Shown piece by piece: positions 38,701 to 52,705 of a stretch of DNA of 64,000 bases. The notes below the pieces were generated by a model. It saw nothing but the letters and a program-made list of their open reading frames with translations, had not been told where the DNA came from and made no database searches. Origin of the DNA: Tricharina praecox (Eukaryota). Numbering within the stretch: position 1 is the first letter of the stretch; each line of letters starts with the position of its first letter. A program made the translations under genes and the position numbers. The stretch is from NCBI RefSeq assembly GCF_024521635.1, contig NW_026250409.1:1178001-1242000 (forward strand), written 5' to 3'.

Positions 38701-41700
38701 CGCTGCCGGATGCGTCCGGGTGGATGCGAGGCGCCCCCCGATGCTCGGGTTCGCAAAGTCGGGGAGGTCTTACCGCTAGGTGGAGTAGCTAGAGCGGAGG
38801 TGATGACGATGCAGAGGACCGAGAGGATACTGAGGTAGATACTTACCCACCATGGAATCGGTTCATCACACGATATCACTCGCTCAACTTCCACTTGGTC
38901 CACTCCCGGAAAAAACCACCTCACCACGGGAAGTTGGTGGCCGCCATAGTCTAGTAAAGGCCGCATGCGACAATAAATTGATTTTCTCTTTCTCTCCACC
39001 TAACCACCTGATATTTGGTGAGAGTACCGCAAGACAGAACCAAGAGATTCCGTATCATACATACGTTCACCTGTAAAACATCGTACCTAACCCTTCTCAT
39101 CTAGTCTACCGGATTCCCACCACCTAAGACGCAATACTATCCTAGTTATCCCACTAGATTCAGCTCGGAGGATCCCACTATCTTGGAGTCCGAGGCGGTG
39201 ACACTCCATCCTGACACTGTGGCAGTACGGATTTTGAACGAGTACATTACCGCCGCACGGACTGCTATTGAGGTGGAATTGATAAGCTGGAGTAGGTACC
39301 TATGCAAAATGTAACTAATGACCATCAGCCAGACCGCCAGTCCGCCAGTGGACAGTGCGATGAAACGCACGCACGCACCGGGGGCCGGTAAGGTAATGTA
39401 TGTACCGATGCGAGAGCCATGAATTTAACAAGGATAGGTAGCATTACAGTACCTACCAGTATATCCAAGGATGCATCCGGTACCAAGGTATGTACGAGGG
39501 GGGGAAACATCGTAAGTTACCTAGGGAGTACGTGCTATGCAAGAATCGTAGCCCAGATCTACGTACCGTCCTTCAATCTTGGAAACTACTTTCGTCCAGC
39601 CGAAAATGGTCAATCGTCATCTCTCTCCCTCGGCCGCCAGCCAGTGAAGATCTCGAGACGGACGTCGGACGGATAGGCGGATACCGGTAGGTACCGTAGC
39701 ACCGTGTTGTATGTTGCAGTTAACTACTTAACTCCCAGGCCAGATCTTGGTCCACTCGCCGTTCTTGTGATTTCATCGTCCCGTGTAGGTGGAGTATATA
39801 TCCAGTACCAATCAGATTTCAAAAGAAAATGAAAAGCCTTGCCCTGGTCAGCGCAGACCGTTTCGATCCAATCCAGAGCTCCAGGCGGAATGCTGCGATC
39901 CATAGTGTAACGAATCACCAACCCCCTGAAGTACTTCTAGCCTAGTCTTTCCCCTCCGCGACACGATAAACTCCCTCTGACTGGACTGGGGAAACACCCG
40001 AGAGCCAACCACAGAACCAGAATCAGAACCAGCGGCCAGCGGACACTACAACCGATCCATCACCTCGCACCTGTATTCGTACATCCATCGGCAACTCACA
40101 GACGGGGGGGACCACAACCCACACAACCAACACACTCCCCTAGGTGATTCCCTCTGGCAAGCAAGCAAGGGAGTTGGAGCCCGCGCGCACCGTCCCTCCT
40201 CCAGCGAGTGACCGATCGCACACGCACAGTACCACTCCACTCCACACGTATCCATGTGCAGATCTGCCGTCACTTACTTACTCTACTTACACACCTACCT
40301 ACAAGCCCATCCGTCCACACGTCCGCTCGTACCATACGTCCAGCCCAGTCCAGTCCCCGCCGTAGGGGACGTAGGGGAGGTATGTACTCTACATACAGAC
40401 AAAACCCGGTTTTGCAGAAAGTCAAGCGTGCCGTTGGTTGCGATTTGGTTACTCCAGCTTTCAACTGCCGTATGTAGATACGGTATGGGGACTCGTTGGC
40501 TGCGTACACACCTACTACTACTACATACAGCTACCGGTACCACGGAGCCCGGTCCAGCCGGTTGCACTACCTAACTAATGTGATACCGTGATACCTACCG
40601 TGTGGCCGGCCAGTGCCGGTTGTATGTGTATGTTTTGTTTTCGTCCTTCTTTTTTTCTTCTTTTCTTTTCTTTTCTTTTCTTTCCTTCGCAACCACAGTG
40701 CGGCGGAATGCTCCTCCTGGCTACTACCGGTATAACTATCATGTAATTCCGAGTGCCTGGCTACCACCGGTTCAGGGTCCAACCAACCAACCAACCAACT
40801 CGGGATACTGTAGAATCCTCGAGCAGTACCGTAGGATGTATGGATGTATGGATGTATGGATGTATGACGTGCGAGTAGAAGTGCGCTGTATGTAGGGTAC
40901 GGGGTTAACTACGGTCAAGAGTGGGCCAGGTGATAATTCGGAAACTCGAAGCCAATGTATGCTTTTGCTCTGCTTTGCTTCTGCGCCTGCGCCTGCATGG
41001 CATGGGCATGGGCGATCATCCAGAAGCAAGCAAGCAAGCAAACCGGCCAACGAGCACACGAGGACAGGGGGAAGAGGAGGAGGGAGGGGGAGGGGGGAGG
41101 GGCTCGGTGATATGGCTGCTGCGGCGGCGACGGCGGCGATGGTGATGGTGGTGGTTGTGGTGGTTACTACTGGCCATGTATGTACGCACGCACGGCCTCA
41201 CTGCAATCCAATCCAACTGGGAGCCGGGAGCTGGGAAGCTGGCTGACTGGTGGACCCTTATTTGAAGTGCGAGTGATCCTATCGATACCCACTTACCTAC
41301 ATATCGCCTGTATCCGTATGTAAGCCTGGTACGAGTATATATGCGGGTCACTTTTTAGGTAATCCATTGATCCTGTTATCTCCTCCGCGAGCTGTTGTAA
41401 CTGCTGTTATTCGGCTGTCTTGCCCAGGCTCCAGCCAGTTAGGTACAACCGGCCGGCCAGCCAATGGATGTGCTCGAGTACGGGAACACTTGCTCCACCC
41501 TCTCCGCTCCCACACACACACACACACACACAAGAGAAGTCAATGGCCGAGTGATCCACCGTATACCGTATACCGTATACCGCAGTTAGTTACCTGCAAA
41601 ACACGTTGCACACTCTAACATAACACCCGCCGTCAATCTCAATCCCAATCACTCAAGAGTAGAGTAGCCGCGAATCCCCAACTATCTGCTAGTAGATTGC

Positions 41701-44700
41701 CAGAAGCAATATGTCCCACGTGTGTGTTTGTGTGTGTGTGTGTTGACAGCAACGGGCAGGGAAAGAGGTCGAAGCTTCGATTCCTACTAGTATGGTCCAT
41801 AGCAGCCGCGACGGTCCGAATCGAAACGATGATGGTACCGTGCAGATTGTCAGCTAGGGGGGAGGTGTGCACTGTGCACGACCCTTTCCCGCCGTCCCCG
41901 CCGCCGCCGGCCGCGGGAATTGGAGAAAGGTACATGTCAGCGGTATTTTTTTTTAATACCACAACACCCACCCACACACACACACACATTTTACACACAC
42001 ACCTGCAGAGGGAGAAGGAAAAGGAAAAGGAAAAAAATCTTTACACATGATACACGTCACAATTAAAGCTCCGGCGGCGGCGAACGAACGAGTGAGGAAA
42101 CATTGCATTGCTTGTTCCCGTTGCATATTGCTGTGCACACACTGCAGTGGACAGGGCCCTTGAGGAATCGGGGATTACGGAGGGAATCAGATATGTACAG
42201 CCCCCTTTGCTCGACTCAATTGCCTGTGCCTGGAGGAAATGTCCGTGCTCTGGAGCAGCATCGGGAAATGATCATCAGCAGCCAATTGTGTTCCTGAGGT
42301 CTGGGTGAATCGTGATGGGTACATGGTACGTATTCCGCTTCCGGAGCTTGCGCGAACCCAGACTTCGGCCAAACAAAAAACAACAACAACGACAAAAAGC
42401 TCCCACTGTGCTGTGCGCCCAAGGCCCCAAGTTAAGGTAAGGGTACACCACGCATTCCGATTAGCGAAGGATCCAGCACTACAGCAGCTGCATTCGCCCA
42501 GCCCGGCCCAGCCCAGCCCGAGAAGTCTCTACTTGCTGAATTCGCTCGTCCTCAAGAAGATGAAGAATCTGCCGGGTGCTCACACTGCATTTTCGTTTTT
42601 TTACATATCGCTTTCATCCTATTGATCCCCATTAGTTAGCGTCCAGGCCGAGTGCCCGCCGCCGCCGCTACCACCACCACCACCACCACCACCACCACCA
42701 TCGTGCTAACTAGCCTCCGAGTACATAGTAGTAAACGGTTGAACGGTTCAACCGTGGGTTTATTGATTGTCCAACTGGTGGCGCGGGCCAATCAGATGGC
42801 GGGGCAACTAATCGGTTCATCTAATATCACGGCACCTCGAGCTCCCATTCGCAACCACCGCCACCTCAGCACCACCACTACCATCCGTTGAACGTTGAAC
42901 TTCGAAATTAGATGGCTCCATTTACCGTATGTGGTCCAGCGGGCCATCGTCCTTCGGCTCTTTCTGATTCTCCCGCAAAGCCGCAAGCCGCTGTCTCACA
43001 GCATTCATCCCAATCAATTCCAATCAATCCAATCCAATCCCGTTCGTCAATCCCATCCGTCAATTCCACTCGTCAACCCATCCATTCATCCAAATCACAT
43101 CCTATCCCTCCAAGTTCCGCGCAATATATCAGGAGCCTTAAGAGGGGGTGAGAAGGGGGAGATCAGCCGAGTACCTACTTCTTAACTATGCAATGTTTTT
43201 GTTTTTTGCCACTTACCAGATATTCGGGATCTCAATCTTCAGGCTCGGGCTGTGACCAGTGCCGTGGCCAGTGCAGTGACCAGTGTGCACCGTGGGCTTG
43301 GACTTAGTCTTGGAGATGGGCTGGAGCGGAGTTTCACCGATTTGCACACAGGCTTGAGGCGCATATACGGTGAGACCGACTGAGCGGGTGTCAATTTCCC
43401 GGACACATCCCCAACTACCGTAGGACCTTTGCATGTGTGTGTGCGTATGAAGATTCGTGTGTGTGTGTGTGTGTATACCGCACCGCACCGTACCGTACCC
43501 GCCACACGGTCGTCGCGGAGGCGAGGCGAGGCGAGGGGCAGCTGGCGACGGAGAAGGCTGTACCGGAGGCCGTTGACCGCAGGCCGCGGTGCTGTGGTTC
43601 GTCATCATCCCCCCCCCCTCCCCGGTGACAGGATTATACCCAGGGACTCAGCCGGCTGAGATACGTATATAGAGTAGGTACACGAGTGCTCGCCAGGTCT
43701 AGGCTCGCACGAAACCCGTTGCGCGTGCCATATGACATCGGTATGATATGAGCCTTGAGGGCGGGGGATGTTGCGTGAGGGGGAGGGAAACGAAGCAAGG
43801 GCTGGATGAGACGGTTGGTTGCCAGTTGGTACCAGGTATATCTACGCCGGATGTCACGCGTACGCCCTACGGGAGGCGTTGTGAAGACTGAACGGCGAAG
43901 AGAAGGTGGTGCCGAGCGAGGGCTCGATCGGATCAGCCGCAACCGCTGAGGAGGAGCTTGGCGATGCCGGAGAGTGCAGTGTCCGTGTAACCCTCCTGTT
44001 TCAAGCGTGAACGCATGGCCGGACATCTCGGACTTCATGTTTCATCCTGGGATGCGTCATTGATCCTCACTCGGATTCGTTGGACGTCAACTACGGCACT
44101 CTGGTTGGCCCAGAGATGTAATCGCCGTTGGTTACCCCTCCAGCACTATGGTACCTACTCTACCGGCAACTTGTGTAGCGGACCCGGGAACGGCAGCAGT
44201 TACCCATTACAGTTCCCGCAACCGCAATAGCTGTCATTGCCAGGCACATAGGCGGCAAGGATGCAAGGAACAGATCCAGCGAATAGGATCCTATGTCTAT
44301 CCCGAAACGAGGGATGGGCGCTGCCCTGGTGGGCGGAGTGGGTTTCAACTTTCTCTGCGACGGTCATGGCAAGATTATCTAGATGAGATCAGATAAGCGG
44401 TGGTGTACTAACCAGTAGTCTTCGATGCTCCCAAAACATGTACAGTAGCGAAATCGCTACGACACTCCCAGAAGAAGCCATAGGTAATGAGCAGTACCGG
44501 CACTGGTATCTACATATATGTACCTAGCAGGGCACTTTTCATAGGGCTCGGATGGCGTTGCCGCCGATCTATACTAGGTATACTACCCAGGAGGTAGGTA
44601 CCGTACCGAGTAGTGCAGAGTTTCGACATGGAAGTGTCACTCCGGTACGTACCTCGTATCATACCAGCCGTTTCACTTCCTCCCGGGTCCCAGCCGATAC

Positions 44701-46879
44701 ACAGCAACGTACCTTGAATTCTTACCTATTGCCCTTCAAGCTTCAGGCTTCGTCAGCACAGGATACAGGTCGTACGTACAGGTACCGTAGCCCCCGCAGC
44801 CCGCCTCCTCGCCTTCCCGCCGCCCAGGCCCTCGCAGGTGCCGGGCACGCGGTGTCTATGGCTACACAGGTACCTACTACTGTACAGAGCGTCGACGGTC
44901 GATTTCTGCACAAGGGCACTGTGGAGCGAGCACATCTGCCGCGCGCGTGTGTGTGTCGCGCGCGTGTGGAGGGGGCGAAGGGGGGGAGAGGGTGGGGGGG
45001 GGGGGGGGGGGGGTTGGTGCTTGAACGCCGTCAGCTACGGTACCCAACCCGCCAGTACTCTAGTTCCACCACCAAGCCAAGTACCATCTGTGGCATGTGC
45101 CCCATGATCGTCAATCGCACTCCACCTACCTACCGCCGCCGCCGCTGCCGCCGCGGGACCGTGGCATGCACAGGTCTGGGTGCAGTCCAGTCGACTCGAC
45201 ACTGCATGCGAATTGCATGTTGTCGGAACTCGGCCGAGCCTCCGAGCCTCCGAGCCTCCGGCCCTCCTTGCACGGAGCAGCTGGGATGGCGGAGGGCAGC
45301 AGAGGGTGGCGGTGGTCCCGATACCTGCGTGCGACTCGGCGGACTCAGAGTGTGCCTATCGCGATGGCGGCGCTTAACGGGGCGGACATATTGCTAGGGT
45401 TGGTGGATATATACTCTCTTTGTGTGCGTGGATAAGTGGTTCGGGGCTCGGCCGCTCGGGTGGCTTGACGACTGGAGTAGAAGTGGAATATGCGATGGCC
45501 AAGCGCGTTTGGTGCGGAAGATGCAGTTCGGTATTGTTTATACCTCGCTGGTGGGAAATATACGACACGACACGGTACTATATCGTACCATTTACCGTCC
45601 ATTCACCCAACAGCTAAAACCCAATCGCATACCTACTATAAGAGAGTACCGGTGGGCAAAACGTTGAAGGAAGAATACTATCTAGCCAGGGAAGGCGACT
45701 CAAGACGACCTTCACTGAAGTGTGCGGTGATAGTTATCCTGCGATTAGTTTCTATACCAGGTATTGATGGAAGCTCACTCTGCCATTCTATTGGCTGAAC
45801 GCCAAACGATGCCCAGTAGGCAAATCCTATGTATGCATCGAGCTCCTCTCAGGCTCTCACACCAAGAACCCTTGCATACGGTATAACTACGGTACGGTAT
45901 AATCCAGCAGCATTCATGGTGGTAGTGGGAGGAGTGCGGCAACTGCAGCTCCAAGAAGCAGCAGCAGCAGCAGCAGCGGAGATCGCGGCTCGCACATATC
46001 CCACATATCCATCCATATCCATCCATAATGTGGCACCCATCCCCTGCAACTTCAACTGCAACTGCAATAGAGCAGCACTCTTGAGTCTTCAACGAAACCT
46101 GATGATTTTATTTGCCTGCCTGTTGCCTTTTGCCTCTTGCCGCCACCACCACCACCACCATTAGATACATACCCCTGCCGTTACGGTCCCGTGCTTATGT
46201 TTTCTGGCACATGGCGAAGATGAAGCCCTCGCTTGAGGAAACCCTACATATCATACATACAAGGAAAGTGTGGCTCTGTCGTCATGTCTGCGCGAAAACG
46301 GTTAAGTGGGGGGGAAGGGGGGGGGGGCAGAGACTCAGAGAGAGAAGAATTGCCGGGAAATAATAAACCCAGCCAACCGCCACCACATCGATTGCACGTC
46401 CAAGAAGGAGGAAGCAGCGGATGTGGATGTGGATGTAGTTACCAGCACCAACAAGCACCAACCAACCAGCGCCTGGGAACAAGGTCTACCGTCTGACAAA
46501 CATGGCGCAGGGTCGACGCAGTTGAGCTTTTTCGGACCTTCCTCTATGTATATAGAGTACGATACTTCTTGTCTACCCGTGACTCGTGAGTGCACACGTG
46601 GGATGTCGATGTCGATGTCGATGTCGAGGGATGGCCGCGAAAGGGAATTCATTATTCAGCCTCTTGGCAGCGCGTTGAACGTCTTTCATCACACATCACA
46701 CATCACACGTCACATCTCGTACAAAGAGAAAAAGTCTGTTTTTTCTTTTCTTTTTCTTTCTGGAAGCGTTTGGCAGCTTTGACTCGCATTGGATGGCAGT
46801 AGGAATATACCGATTGGATAGAACTATATTCCTAATACCTGTGGTTGTTTAGGGCATTCGAGTTACGGCTCTACTATAA

Positions 46880-47252
46880 GGCCTGTTCAATTATCAACTG
46901 CATTTTCAAAATCCGCGGTTTTGACGAGTTGAAGGTTACCAGAGCTGCAGCTGCAGCTGCAAACTCTCAACTCCCGAGTCCCCTGATGACCCGTAACCCG
47001 TTCGGCAACCCAAATATTCAACGGCACGCCACACTTTTTTCCGACTTCGGGGCTACGCTGGTATATACTGGTGGTTGTCTGTAGAGTTTATTTGTATAGT
47101 TGTGGCTCAGTCGATAATATGCAGTTTCTCGAGTCGTTAACTTGGCTTGCGGTGGTGTGCCGAACGGTCACCCTGTCCGGAAACTCGGGGTTGCAAACTG
47201 CATCTCAATCTTGTGTGGTAGATTCAAAATGCAGTTGACAACCGAACAGGCC
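46880..47252. mobile_element. Non-autonomous foldback DNA transposon (MITE), copy 2
   Basis: 30-bp TIRs with 4 mismatches: left GGCCTGTTCAATTATCAACTGCATTTTCAA, right reverse complement GGCCTGTTCGGTTGTCAACTGCATTTTGAA. Inner inverted repeat CCGTTCGGCA/TGCCGAACGG. Flanks are TAA and CAA. No transposase. Confidence 0.8.
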
Positions 47253-50163
47253 CAATATATAACGAGTGAAGACTGTATTTAATTCTTACGGAGTCACGGT
47301 AAGTAAAAGAGCCATAGATATGGTGGTTCCAAGCAGCCACAGCACTACAGCACCGCCGCCCGTCCTGTGCATTGGATTCTTCTAACGAATGAATGGATGT
47401 GCATACAATTTTCGATGGCAGACCTGCAGACCTGCAGGATGCAATCCGTCGCAGACAGGTGAAGCCTATATCTAAATAAATCGCTGCTCTTGCAAGTTTC
47501 AACCGATGGCATTGGATGCTCGCCAACGGACCGAGAAATAGTCCGTCCCGTCCGTCCCGTCCGTCTTTGTCATTACTCGACACCGGACCGGACCGACAGA
47601 GGTCCGATTGACAATCCAACCTCGTGGCTCGTGCCGGGAGAACGGCGCCGAGTACTGTACTGCACTGCATTCCTTGCTATTCCCACGGGCCCGAAGAACT
47701 GAAGAACTCGAGACCCGGTGATGCTCATCGTAGTAGCAGCAGCGAGTATGCCGAGTACGGTAAATGTCTCCCATGATCTCAGTCACCATAACCCCCCGAA
47801 AACCCCCATAACCCCCATAACCCCCATAACCCCCATCAGTCCAAAAAAACCCCGGCAGCACCGAAAATCACTCCCTTCCTCTGCACGTGATGGCAATGGT
47901 GGTGACCAAGTTCTAACAGTGCATGCAGCAGCAGCCTTCGAAATTCACTTGAGTTGTAGAGTACCAGAACAAGTTGTGCCAGTCAGGCCAATCACGCAGC
48001 GTAGGTAAACTTTCTTTTGTTTTGTTTTCTGTTGTTTTGTTTTCCCTTAACGATACCACTCTAACCAGAACTGGCCGCTTAAATGTTGGAGCTGGAGTTG
48101 AAAGTCGCAGTTGAGACAGTCAAGATCGATGCAGGCAGATTTCAAAAAGAAAAAGAAAGAGAAAAAGAAAAAGAAAAAGAAAAAGAAAAAGAAAGAGAAA
48201 AAGAAAAGGCTGCAGCATGTCGAGGTCTCGAGATTCGTCCAGATCCGTCGAGATTCGTCGAGATTTGTTGAGATTCGTTGAGCGCCGTGGCTTGGATGTG
48301 CTCACATTGTGATGCGCAGTATGTAGAGTAGGCAGAGGCAGAGGCAGTTTGGAGATACATACAGAATACAGATACCTACGGTACTCACAGCGCCAGTACC
48401 GTTCATACCGGTACCTATGAAGCGTGCACGGGACATTGCAGCGCTGCAAGAGAAAGCTGAAGAGAAAGTGCGTGATGAGAGGAGTCGATGGATGAGGGCC
48501 GCACGGGACGGGACGGTCGTGCCAAAGAGAGAGAAAAAAAATAGAAGAAGAAAAAAAGAGAAAATAGCCATGGGACGATATGAGGTGAGGTGAGATGAGT
48601 TGAGTTGAGGTTTCTCGTGGGCCCGCACGGCGCACGGCGCACTCTCAGCTCCAGAGCTCCAGGATGCGGTACTCTACCATGTAGCCAGCTTACAAGGGCA
48701 CAGCAGCAGCCAGCGGCGCCGGTGGAGTTTTTTTACCCCCCTCCCCCCCCTCCCCCTCCCCTCCCCTCCCACGGTCCACCCCCCACCCCCCTCCCTCCCT
48801 CCCTCCCTCCCTCCCTCTCCCCCCTGTCACCGATAGCGATAACAAGGGGCATCAGCAGCAGCAGCGCAGGAGCAGCAGCGCAGGAGCAACAGCAAACGGC
48901 GGTCTGTTGCTTTGCTTTGCTCTGCTCTGCTCTGCTGACGGCGTGACGACGTCCGTCGTCCGCTGCCATCCACGATCCATTTGCGTGATCAATCATTTTA
49001 GGGACATTTTTAGGGCGGCGGCGGCGAATCAAATCGCAATCGAAGTGGAAGTGGAAGTGAAGTGGTCTGTGCCTTGTCTGATCTGATCTGGATTTCTGGT
49101 CTGAAGCGCACAACCGCATCCACCGTACCGCACAGCACCGAACGAGGAATTATTTATGAATGCTCACACGCTAGGAATGAGCGCGTGACACCCAAAACAG
49201 AACTTTCCCGTCTACCGCAGCAGCAGAAACGGCAGCAGCCACCATCGCGACCACCACCACCATCGCAACCAGTGACCAGTGACCACCACCTCCACTACCA
49301 ACCATCGCAACGACCACCACCACCACCAGCTCCTCCTCCTTCCTCCGCCAAAAGTGGAAACTGGGGAGTGATGATGCTGCTGATGATGTAAGGCATGATG
49401 TCCGAATCCCCCTCCCCTCTGCCGGCGATGACGATGAGAGAGGGAGGGGGGGGGGAGGGACATCGCATCTCTCCGATCCCCATCGATTCACTCGAACATA
49501 TATTCCCAGAGTAGCCTGGCCGGCGCCACCATCACCACCACCACCACCGCGTCGGGCATCCGAAGCCCGTTCCCGGAGAGCGATGGCCGGATGGGCTCGA
49601 TGGGCTCGATGGATACGGTTTCGCGCCGCCGCCTTTTGTGTCAAGTACGGATGCCTGTGGTCCACCACCACCACCACTACCACACCGTGTGTGTTGAAGC
49701 TTCTGTCAGTTTTCCATGATTCCCATCCCATCCCATCCCATCCCACCCCCCCACTCCACAGTGGCGCTTAGGCTTGGCATGGCCTTGCTTTGTCCCCAGG
49801 AGCCCGGGGTTGTTTGATGGATATATATCTGCGCATAGCATAGCATAGCATAAGTAGTGCTGCGGGATTCGCACTGCGGATCAGTGCCAGGTAGGTAGAT
49901 CCTCCCTCCCAGACAGAAGTGTTTGTTTCCCCGGGGGGTCGGCAGGTTGTTTTCTGCTTTCCAGGTTCGGGGGTGGCCACGGAGATACTTTGGCTTTCAG
50001 AGAAGAGGGGGGGATTTCGTGTCCGACGCGGAGAAGAGTGACTTCGAGGCAAACCCCCCCAGATTCGAATGCTGTTTGAGGTGGTGGGGCATGCGCAGGA
50101 CGCGGTAGGCTTGTGTGCGAGTGTCTTTGATCGAAGGTTAGCCCTTATCCAGATGATCTAGCA

Positions 50164-50197
<34 letters not shown>

Positions 50198-52705
50198 CAT
50201 CATGACGGCAAACCGTAGCCTTGTGGGTTGGATGCCGACAGCATTCTGGCCGAGTAGGTAGCTGAGAGGGACTGAGCGAGTGAGTGAGTGAGTATTGATG
50301 TCGCCCGCCTGCCTGTCCGTTGGTTGGTGGTCCTGGTCCTGGTCTTCCTTGCGATCGTCTTCGCTCAACCCATCTCGACAACGCCCTAGATACCTTGCCC
50401 GCCGCCGGCGGCACCCTGCATTCCAGATCGCAACTCTCTCATCAGGAGAGGGGCAGCAGCGGACGAGTTCGCTTTTATACCGGGCTTCTGTTTTTTTTTC
50501 TCCTTCATTTCTTTTCTTTTTACTTTTTCATCTTTTCCCGTTGAGGGACAAAATCAACAACCGCGGGGCACAGGCAACAGCCACGGCGAGCGAGCGAGCA
50601 GCGGAACCGCTACAAACGGACTAGTATTTAGTCGGACCGCCGTATTCTTGCCAGAATCCCGGACTTGACAGAAATGGAGGGGGAAGTGATATGTCGGGGT
50701 GGGGGGAGTGGTTTTTTCCCGTCTCTCTGGGCGTCAGTTGTGTAGAGTACATGCTCTACACAGGGAGGAGGTGGTTACTGACTTCTCGACATGCGCCTTT
50801 AGCGGTGGAGGTGGAGGTGGAGTGGTGAGTGATAGAGTAGAGTACATAGAGAGCGTTAACTAGTGGGTTGACCCCTCCTTGTAGTGTTGTCCCTCGAGGT
50901 CGACTGGCGGTCAGTCTGGCGGTCAACCGTCGCTCCCTCGCCCGGGCTCCATCGTCCGGCCTTTCCATAAGCCCTTCTCTCGTTAGGCCGGCCTCGCTGG
51001 CATCATGCTACCTACTCTATGTAAGTAAGTGAGTACTTTGTTCGCGGCCAAACGTAAGAACAGCGAAGCCAAAAGCTGCGTAGAAAGAACGAGAACTGGC
51101 AGGCCAGGTGAGAGCTGGTCGACCACAACCAACTCCACCACCACCTGCCCCCCCTCGTTCTGGTCGTGACGCTTTGTTGCCCACGTCTGCCCCCTCTCCG
51201 ACTCCGATACATACTGCCACCGACTTCCCACTGCCACTTCCACTGCCGCCATCACCTCACCCTGCCCACCGCGACATAGACCCACGTACCACCGTATACC
51301 GTCGGACCCAAGCCGCTTGAGTTGCATGCAGCACAGCAACTTGCTTTGATCTATTCGAACTCCTCTGCGTGTGTCCGGATCGTTCCCTCGCCCTCTCGCT
51401 CGCTCGTTCGCCCACTTCCTGCTCGAGCCCATTTCCAGCCACCTCCGACTACCTCCTCCTCTCCCTCCCCCTCCTCTCCTCCTCATTCCTCTCCTTCCTC
51501 TTCTCTCGCTCACAGTCCCTCCACCCCCCCCTCCAATCCTCCGCGATCTGTATTCTTCCACCACCACCCCCAAACTAGCCCTCCCTCCATCCCTCCCTCC
51601 GCTCCCTCCTCTTCCTCCCTCCCTCCCCTTCCTCTCCGCCTCCACCCCCCCCACCCCCCCTCCCCCCCTCCCCACCCCGCCCCCTCCCGACCCAAACTTA
51701 GCCAGCCCCTCGGACAACACCACCGGACAGCCCACGCCAACCTTAACCCCACTACCACCAAACGTACCCACCTCCGGTGACCGCCTGCTACCCCCCCCCT
51801 CACTACCCTAACACCCAGCACAACCACCACAACCACAAACCCCGTCGCCGCCGCCGCTCCCGCCGCCGCCGCCTGCCCCCCACTCGCTCATTCGTGTCCC
51901 TTCTGCTACTGTTGCTGCCGTTCGTCCGCCCTTCCTCCGACTGGACCCTTCGTGCGACATCCCGGCTTGTAAACTATCGGACGGTCGCTAGCCTCTGTGG
52001 GCACGTTCGCTTCGCTTCCGCTTTTCCCAAAACTTCTCTCCAACTACTTGATATCCAGTGCGGCTTCTGGTCGCTATTTCTCGAATCGCCTTGTCGGGAT
52101 CTTATAGTATATCTGTTGTTCGGCAGCCTTTGAAGGTCTGGTTTTTACGTCGAGTCGGTTCCAAGAGCCCTTCGTCCTCCGGTTACCTCTACGACTAGCG
52201 AACCGCCGCCCCACCCCTCCCTCCCCCCCCCCCAGCCCACCTCTCAACCCACCTCTCATCCCACCAGCAACCCTCCACCACCTCCACCTCCTCCCACTAC
52301 CACATCCACCTCCACTTCAACCAACCCCTCTCCCCACGAACGTCATCGAGTAACTGTTTGTCCCAGCTCTCCGTGTCGGTTATCTAGTGGTTGCTAGGCA
52401 GGAAAAAAAAGAAATCTGCTCGATACTCGGCACGATCGTTTGGCTTCTGGGCTCCTACCGGCACACGTCCCTGTTCTCCAATCCATCCACCTTATCGGTT
52501 CCTTGCTTCTTCAAACAACAACCACCACCACCGCTTTAGCTTCTACCATCGCCTCCTCCTCCTCCACTACCTTCACCTCCACAACCACTAACATCACCAC
52601 CACCACCACCACCACCACCACCATCGGTCTTCGTCCCGCCCTACGCATCGACTTTCATCAACCTTCAACTCAACGGTAGCAACAAGTGGTCAGCGGGCTG
52701 TCATC

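Noticed and set aside
47800..47838. (TAACCCCCA)n resembling telomeric repeats
   Set aside because: The unit is 9 bp rather than CCCTAA; this is an ordinary short interstitial tandem repeat.
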